Shown here: piece after piece, positions 44,456 to 50,118 of the stretch
Layout of the letters: each line of letters opens with the position of its first letter
How positions within the stretch are numbered: the stretch's first letter is position 1
Assembly: GCA_965662325.1 (NCBI GenBank)
Contig: CBFIHW010000002.1
Location: 1-50,118, forward strand
DNA: 50,118 bases
Direction: 5' to 3'
Origin: an uncultured Pirellulales bacterium
GTDB lineage: Bacteria > Planctomycetota > Planctomycetia > Pirellulales > UBA1268
Made by a program: the position numbers and the translations under genes
Notes under the pieces: model-generated
What the model saw: only the letters and a program-made list of their open reading frames with translations
Told to the model about the DNA's origin: nothing
Database searches by the model: none

Positions 44456-45515
44456 GCGCGTAATCCAATTTCGTGTTGGCGTGATGGTCTTAGCAACCGC
44501 CATTATTGCCGGAATACTTATTGTTTTATTTGGTGATTTGCCAAGTCTCGTCCAGTCAACATATCCGCTGCGCATGAACTTCTCGGAGGCACGAGGGGTT
44601 TCAAGCGGCACGCCGGTACGAAAGAACGGCATTCTGGTTGGACGAGTCAACTCAGTCATGCTCGATGAACGTGGTGGCGTGAGCGTGGTTGCTCAAATTG
44701 ACTCCTATGTGCCGGTCTATCGTGATGAGACGCCACGTGTTGCAAGTACAATTCTTGGTGATGCAGAAATTGAACTTGTTGCAGGACGCATTGCACCTCC
44801 TCGCCAACGAGTCACAACAGATGAGGTTTTGCGCGGTGCAGTGTCAAAAGATCCCCTTGAGTTGTTTTCAACACTCGAACCAAAAGTAACAGCTTCCCTC
44901 GAGTCACTCACTCGGGCTAGTGATGCCGTTGCTATACTCTCGGCAAATATAGAAAAGATTTTTGTGAAAGAGGATATTCAGATTGATCAGACTGTCAAAA
45001 AACTTGACACTGCTCTTGATACTTTTACAACAGCAATGAACAATGTAAATGATATTGTTGGAGATGCTGAAGCAAGAGAAAAGCTTAAGGATTCGATCTA
45101 CACGCTGCCCGATGTTCTCGTTGATCTGCGAAAGTCTGTCGGAGGCATCAGTGCAACCATCGATACTGCGGATCGTAATCTGCGCAATCTTGAGGGCTTT
45201 TCAAAGCCCCTCGGTGAACGAGGTGCGTCAATGGTACAAGGCATAGACCGTGCCATAAATCGCCTTGACACTGTCCTTGTACAAGCAGCCACCTTTACTC
45301 AGGCCCTCAACGAGTCACAAGGAACACTTGGCAAATTGGTACGCGATCCGGAGGTTTACAATGACCTTGCTCAAGCCGCGAACAACGTCAATCGCTTAAC
45401 ACAAGACTTACGACCAATTATTGATGATGTTCGGGTGTTTACCGATAAAATCGCACGTCATCCAGAGCAACTTGGTGTACGTGGGGCACTCGATCGCAAA
45501 ACTGGACTTAAATGA
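44448..45515 (+). CDS. mlaD: MlaD/MCE-domain protein with a long helical C-terminal region
   Basis: The track ORF opens at 44313, inside mlaF. ATG 44448 overlaps the mlaF stop by 8 nt and gives MSERVIQFRVGVMVLATAIIAGILIVLFGD (N-terminal anchor) followed by an MCE domain (RMNFSEARGVSSGTPVRKNGILVGRV). Confidence 0.85.
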   Translation: MSERVIQFRVGVMVLATAIIAGILIVLFGDLPSLVQSTYPLRMNFSEARGVSSGTPVRKNGILVGRVNSVMLDERGGVSVVAQIDSYVPVYRDETPRVASTILGDAEIELVAGRIAPPRQRVTTDEVLRGAVSKDPLELFSTLEPKVTASLESLTRASDAVAILSANIEKIFVKEDIQIDQTVKKLDTALDTFTTAMNNVNDIVGDAEAREKLKDSIYTLPDVLVDLRKSVGGISATIDTADRNLRNLEGFSKPLGERGASMVQGIDRAINRLDTVLVQAATFTQALNESQGTLGKLVRDPEVYNDLAQAANNVNRLTQDLRPIIDDVRVFTDKIARHPEQLGVRGALDRKTGLK

Positions 45516-45537
45516 CGATGGGCAAAAACACCGTGCC

Positions 45538-48252
45538 TCACCGATCTGATGATCTGTCTTTTTTGTGATCTGGGTCCAGTGGTATTTCATTTGAATCTAC
45601 TGATTGAGCATTTGCTATTTGATCAAAACCGACTCCGCGAAGTCGATTGCCGTATCGCTCCATTAACCAGGGCATTGTTTGTTCAATCGTATCCGGTTGA
45701 AGTAAAACAAGGTCGCCAGGCTTCACAGCATCAAGCACTGTTGCAGCTGAGGTTTCCCAATCACCTCCAGACTCGACTATAGCACGCCGCTTCGTCTGTT
45801 TCGTTCGTACGATACCTTCGGCAATAAGTCGTGTTATCTCTCCAGGGCTGCGGCCTCTGCGGTAGGCATCTTCATAGATGACAATGCGATCAAATGTCTT
45901 TCCCAAAAGTTCACCCTGTCGCAGAAGATCTTCATTTCGACGATCCCCTGCGGCTGAATACACGGCAGTTCGTTGAGTATGAGGTAGCTTTTCGAGCGTT
46001 AAACAGACCTGCTCTAAAGACGGCACGTTATGTCCGTAGTCAACAACCACAGTAGCTCCGTCTAACTCAAGCATATTGAATCGCCCGGGACTACCGAGTA
46101 CACCACTTGAAAAGCTCTCGAGTCCGAGTCGCACCAATTCAAGTGGAATGCCCATGCTCCATGCAGCGGCAGCAGCAGCAAGTGCATTTTCAACTTGGAA
46201 GGAAACCAAACCCTGATGAACTAGGGGAACCTTGTCTAAACTGGCTAATCGAGTTTCACGTGGTCCGTCGCACAGTACGATCCATCCATCGCGGATAGTT
46301 GCACCAAGACCTCCGGCGGCCAAGTGTTCTTTGAGGATGGGAAATTCTGGATTCAGGGAAAAATAAATCACCCGACCCCGACACCATTTCTTCATATCGA
46401 CAACCAGCGGATCTGCTGCATTGAGAACAGCTGCGCCGCTTGAACGCACTGCGGCAACAATTGCACCTTTCACCCAGGCAAGTTGTTCTGGAGTGTCTAT
46501 TTCATTCAGACCAAGGTGGTCACCTGAGGCGATGTTGGTGACAACGGCTACATCACAGGCATCAAACCCACACCCTTCACGGAGAATTCCTCCTCTGGCT
46601 GTTTCAAGCACTGCCGTTGTTACATTTGGTTGCGCTAATATTCGTCGTGCACTTGCTGGCCCACTACAATCACCAGAATCAAGTTGTCTGTCGCCCACCC
46701 AAACGCCTTCAGTACAGGCAATACCAACCGTTGCTCCCCCTGTTGAGGCTACATGAGCCAATAAACGGGTAACCGTTGTTTTTCCATTAGTACCCGTCAC
46801 CGCTGCTACAGGAATCCGCCCATCTTCGCCTGTTTCGAAAAGTGTACTTATGATCGCCGAACCAACGTCCCGAGATTCGCCAACCGTTGGTTCCAAATGC
46901 ATCCGAAGGCCCGGACATGCATTAATTTCTACAACACCTCCATGCTGGGCACTCAAAGGCTGATCAATACGTGTCGCCATGATGTCGACACCCGCAATAT
47001 CAAGACCAACAACTCGCACTGCATCAATAGCGAGCCGAACCGTGTCTTGATGAATCAGATCTGTGACATCCTCAGCTGTGCCTCCAGTACTAAGATTTGC
47101 ATTTCGTCGAAGCAGGACAAGCTGCCCATCATTTGGGATAGATTTCTTTGAAAATCCTTGCTCTCGTAGGGCAACCTCGGCAGCAGCATCGAGACATAAA
47201 AGAGAAAGTGATCCTGCATGGTCGTCGCAACGACAAGGATTCATATTTTCTTTTTGAACAAGCTTTTCAATCGTTGAACTACCATCGCCTGTAATACAAG
47301 GAGCGCAACGACGTGCCGCCGCAACAAGTTCGTTACCAATAACTAACAGACGATAATCATCGCCGGCTAGACAACGCTCAACGACGATCTCTTCCTCTTC
47401 TGAAATTGCTACGTTATATGCTTCGGAAACCTCATCCTGAGTTGTCAATCCAACTGAAACACCTCGACCCTGATTGCCACAACGAGGCTTGACAACCACT
47501 GGTAAACCAATTTCTGTCGCTACTTGCCAGGCTTCTTCAGCAGAGAAAACAGGTTTTCCTTTTGCAACTGGAATACCAGCCTCTTCGAGCAAGCCTCGAG
47601 TCAATTCCTTATCTTGCGCAATCATTTCACTGACAGCTGATGTCTGGTCAGTTTCAGCCGCAATAATTCGACGCTGTTTGGCCCCAATTCCAAGCCGAAC
47701 AAGCGACCCCTCACTCAGCCTACGTACAGGTATGTCTCGACGGCGTGCAGCTTCCACGATTGACCTGGTACTTGGACCAAGTTGCTCTAGGAGCAATTTC
47801 TCTCGCAAGTTTTCTATGGTTTGCCCAACGTCAAAATGACTTCCCTCTATTGCAGCAACGAGAAGTGAGTGTGCAGCATGCAAGCAATGGACTGCAAACT
47901 CTTCTTCCTTATATTCAATGATGACATTGTAGACACCCTTTTGTTTTGTTTCGTATGCCCTACCGTACCCAACTTCCGTACCTGCAAGTGATTGAAGTTC
48001 GAGTGTTACATGTTCAAGAACATGCCCCATCCAGGTGCCGGTTCGTAATCGTTCAAAAAAGCCACCACGCTCACCAATCGAGCAACGATGCTCGATCATT
48101 GTCGGCAACCAATCCATCAATCTTTCATTGAAACCCACAAGCGTATGGGAGGGATATTCCTCGAGCCATCCGAGATCAACACGAACTTCAAGAACCGGAA
48201 ACCGGGCCCACTGGTTAGGACCTCGAAGCACTTTTATTTTGTCAATATTCAT
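45538..48252 (-). CDS. cphA: cyanophycin synthetase (CphA1-type, 904 aa)
   Basis: ATG start. N-terminal MNIDKIKVLRGPNQWARFPVLEV. ATP-grasp segment (VVVKPRCGNQGRGVSVGL). Mur-ligase-like domain with P-loop VTGTNGKTT. Confidence 0.9.
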   Translation of the reverse strand: MNIDKIKVLRGPNQWARFPVLEVRVDLGWLEEYPSHTLVGFNERLMDWLPTMIEHRCSIGERGGFFERLRTGTWMGHVLEHVTLELQSLAGTEVGYGRAYETKQKGVYNVIIEYKEEEFAVHCLHAAHSLLVAAIEGSHFDVGQTIENLREKLLLEQLGPSTRSIVEAARRRDIPVRRLSEGSLVRLGIGAKQRRIIAAETDQTSAVSEMIAQDKELTRGLLEEAGIPVAKGKPVFSAEEAWQVATEIGLPVVVKPRCGNQGRGVSVGLTTQDEVSEAYNVAISEEEEIVVERCLAGDDYRLLVIGNELVAAARRCAPCITGDGSSTIEKLVQKENMNPCRCDDHAGSLSLLCLDAAAEVALREQGFSKKSIPNDGQLVLLRRNANLSTGGTAEDVTDLIHQDTVRLAIDAVRVVGLDIAGVDIMATRIDQPLSAQHGGVVEINACPGLRMHLEPTVGESRDVGSAIISTLFETGEDGRIPVAAVTGTNGKTTVTRLLAHVASTGGATVGIACTEGVWVGDRQLDSGDCSGPASARRILAQPNVTTAVLETARGGILREGCGFDACDVAVVTNIASGDHLGLNEIDTPEQLAWVKGAIVAAVRSSGAAVLNAADPLVVDMKKWCRGRVIYFSLNPEFPILKEHLAAGGLGATIRDGWIVLCDGPRETRLASLDKVPLVHQGLVSFQVENALAAAAAAWSMGIPLELVRLGLESFSSGVLGSPGRFNMLELDGATVVVDYGHNVPSLEQVCLTLEKLPHTQRTAVYSAAGDRRNEDLLRQGELLGKTFDRIVIYEDAYRRGRSPGEITRLIAEGIVRTKQTKRRAIVESGGDWETSAATVLDAVKPGDLVLLQPDTIEQTMPWLMERYGNRLRGVGFDQIANAQSVDSNEIPLDPDHKKDRSSDR

Positions 48253-48940
48253 AGGCGGAAGGTACCAACGGAGAATTCTTCAAAATGAATCGGGGCAGAG
48301 TATGGGTTATTTAAGTTAGGGTCATGGATGTTCAGTTGATCAAAAGGAACCGGTCGTCTTGAAATTGCTTTATTTGCCGCCCAACAAACTCGCAGTAAAA
48401 CTCTCACCTCGACTTAATGGTGGAAAAGTCCGTGACAAGGGGGTGAGGAAACACATTAGTCATGCATTGCTCGGATTCTTTCTAGCATGCTTTGGCTTCA
48501 CAGAACTGTGTTACCATACTGTTTAGCTGCTCCAATTCCAAGTTTTATTCCTTCCAAATTCATCTTTTCACCCGTACTTCTGAGTATTTTGCAAGCACCA
48601 AATTCAAAAGGCCTCCGTTTTGAAAAGAAGGTACGAAAGAATCACTGCCATTGATTCAACCTACTACACTACGCTGAAGTGCATTCTGTGTGCCAAAAAG
48701 AAGCAAATGGGCACTGTTGCATCATTAAAGACAGTTGGCGATGACTCAAAAATTGCTTTCCGTACTTCATTTCTGCAATCTTCAGATTTGCATCGCAACC
48801 TATTTTAATCAAACTTTCCCGATTTCAGTAATTTCAGTCGGTAGATTTTTCACACGTTGGATCGCCATTGTGTGTAATTTCTATACAAGACTCGGCGGCA
48901 ATTTCCTAAGCTTTCAGCAAAGTGTGTTACAGCATCTGCA

Positions 48941-50118
48941 ATGCGACTAAAAATGCCATCCGCAGAATCTTTTGATACTACAGACTCCGAAACATCAGAG
49001 ACTCTGCTGGCATGCTGTCATATCAATCTCGATGAGGAGGCACAGTTTAGTTCAGGCTGGCTGGCAGTTTCTACGGTGGCCCTCTACTCAGGAAAAGGTC
49101 GCCCACCCACCACACAACACGTTGTTGATGAATATAAAAGACACGCACAACATTCCTGGCCACTCCAAGAAGATTTTCGGCTGACCCTGACAAATCGCCC
49201 TACGATTGGCCAACTTGAACTCCGCGCAGGCCAAGAAGTGCTTATGTGTTGGAAATTCAGTGCTGGAATTACACCTGACGTTGAACTTCTTATAGCCAGT
49301 TTTGAAACAGCATACAACGATTTGTTCTCGAGCAATAAATCGATAGAGAAGTTCAAAACAAGACAGGAAAGTCATTCTCCTTATGCATCAAAAAAAATAA
49401 CAACAGGATCATTCGCTGCACTTATACGGGTACTCAGCTTTGCCGGCCCATATTGGCGAGTTGTCGCGATTGGCACCGCACTTGCGCTTGCTACTACGTT
49501 TGCCAGCCTCGTACCTCCATATCTCACAATGCCACTTGTCGACAAGATACTCATACCTCAACAATCTGGAGAGCATGTGGCGATTGGAACCGCTGTGCCA
49601 TATCTTGCCGGTCTTGCTGCAGCAGCCATTCTTGCTTCTTCTCTTGGATGGGGACGAACATGGATACTCGCATGGGTCAGTGAACGCATCACCGCAGACA
49701 TGCGGATTCGCACCTATGCTCATGTACAAACATTATCACTCGACTTTTTTGCCACCCGCCGAACCGGTGATCTCATTTCAAGAATTGGAAGTGATACTGA
49801 GCGGCTAAACAATTATGTATCGATAAGTCTCATCGATTTCTTCTCAAATCTTCTTCTCGTGGTATTCACCGCTATTGTGCTGTTTACCATCTCCCCACTG
49901 CTTGCTGTGATGACTCTTGTACCGTTTCCATTTGTCATTTGGCTTGTCTACTGTGTCAGAGGCAGATTGCACCAAGGATTTTCTCGAAGTCGCATTGCCT
50001 GGGCCGACATGACGAGTGCCCTAGCTGATACGATTCCGGGCATCCGTGTTGTAAAAGCATTTGCGCAAGAGAAGCGAGAGATTAGTCGTTTCAGAAGTGC
50101 CAATCATCGCGTCCTTGA
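48941..50118 (+). CDS. ABC exporter (fused TMD-NBD type, MsbA-like), 5' part, with a ~145-aa extra N-terminal domain; runs off the window end
   Basis: Hand-translated open frame, not in the ORF track. In-frame ATGs at 48941 and 48953, with a stop at 48875-48877 upstream. From about residue 150 it is a typical ABC_membrane domain (FAGPYWRVVAIG..., FFATRRTGDLISRIGSDTERLNNY, IRVVKAFAQEKRE). No stop before 50118. Confidence 0.8.
   Translation, partial: MRLKMPSAESFDTTDSETSETLLACCHINLDEEAQFSSGWLAVSTVALYSGKGRPPTTQHVVDEYKRHAQHSWPLQEDFRLTLTNRPTIGQLELRAGQEVLMCWKFSAGITPDVELLIASFETAYNDLFSSNKSIEKFKTRQESHSPYASKKITTGSFAALIRVLSFAGPYWRVVAIGTALALATTFASLVPPYLTMPLVDKILIPQQSGEHVAIGTAVPYLAGLAAAAILASSLGWGRTWILAWVSERITADMRIRTYAHVQTLSLDFFATRRTGDLISRIGSDTERLNNYVSISLIDFFSNLLLVVFTAIVLFTISPLLAVMTLVPFPFVIWLVYCVRGRLHQGFSRSRIAWADMTSALADTIPGIRVVKAFAQEKREISRFRSANHRVL

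Noticed and set aside
48420-48515. RNase P RNA-like motifs: ggtggaaaagtccgtgac resembles GAGGAAAGUCCGGGC, and cacagaactgtgtta resembles ACAGAACCCGGCUUA.
   Set aside because: The two elements are only ~70 nt apart instead of ~300. The putative P4 strands are not complementary even allowing G-U pairs. No other conserved RNase P regions are visible.
1-50118. CRISPR arrays, tRNA/rRNA/tmRNA genes, transposases, integrases, terminal inverted repeats, prophage or toxin-antitoxin modules.
   Set aside because: I scanned all spacers longer than 50 nt and all unassigned ORFs by eye. I saw no regularly spaced direct repeats, no tRNA-like T-arm (GGTTCGAATCC-type) sequence, and no recombinase or transposase motifs (DDE, Tyr or Ser recombinase). 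Eye scanning cannot exclude small or degenerate elements.

Overview
This 50.1-kb chromosomal window has gene content typical of a Planctomycetota/PVC-group bacterium. That assignment is an inference from four exported sulfatases, a giant PVC-type CxxCH protein and enlarged complex I subunits; there is no rRNA or other marker gene to prove it. Left third (2-16280, + strand): one uninterrupted complex I operon, nuoB (3' fragment)-C-D-E-F-G-H-I-J-K-L-M-N. Many junctions overlap by 4 nt. It runs straight into an Mrp/HCF101-type P-loop NTPase gene and an unknown polytopic membrane protein. Middle (16.6-30.4 kb): four exported formylglycine-type sulfatases, a patatin phospholipase with a degenerate cNMP-type domain, a GabT-like aminotransferase, and a ~1268-aa secreted dihaem / LamG / beta-propeller protein. 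Right third: an lpxB - site-2 protease - SGNH hydrolase operon, an MFS transporter, an exported lactonase coupled to panD, a CYTH enzyme, a TlpA-like lipoprotein, a long-form thiE, a TPR membrane protein, clpC, mlaE-mlaF-mlaD, cyanophycin synthetase cphA, and the 5' part of an ABC exporter with an extra N-terminal domain. I found no rRNA, tRNA, CRISPR array, transposase, integrase or phage genes, and no self-contained defence or mobile system. The best leads are (i) the Mrp/Ind1/HCF101-like gene translationally coupled to nuoN and lacking the second Cys of the CxxC motif, (ii) the systematic enlargement of all complex I membrane-arm subunits, (iii) a sulfatase with CSSSR in place of CxPxR, (iv) the lpxB-S2P-SGNH module, and (v) the orphan cphA separated from an atypical ABC exporter by 688 nt of ORF-poor DNA. 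All protein-family calls rest on motifs read by eye from the supplied translations. No database search was possible.
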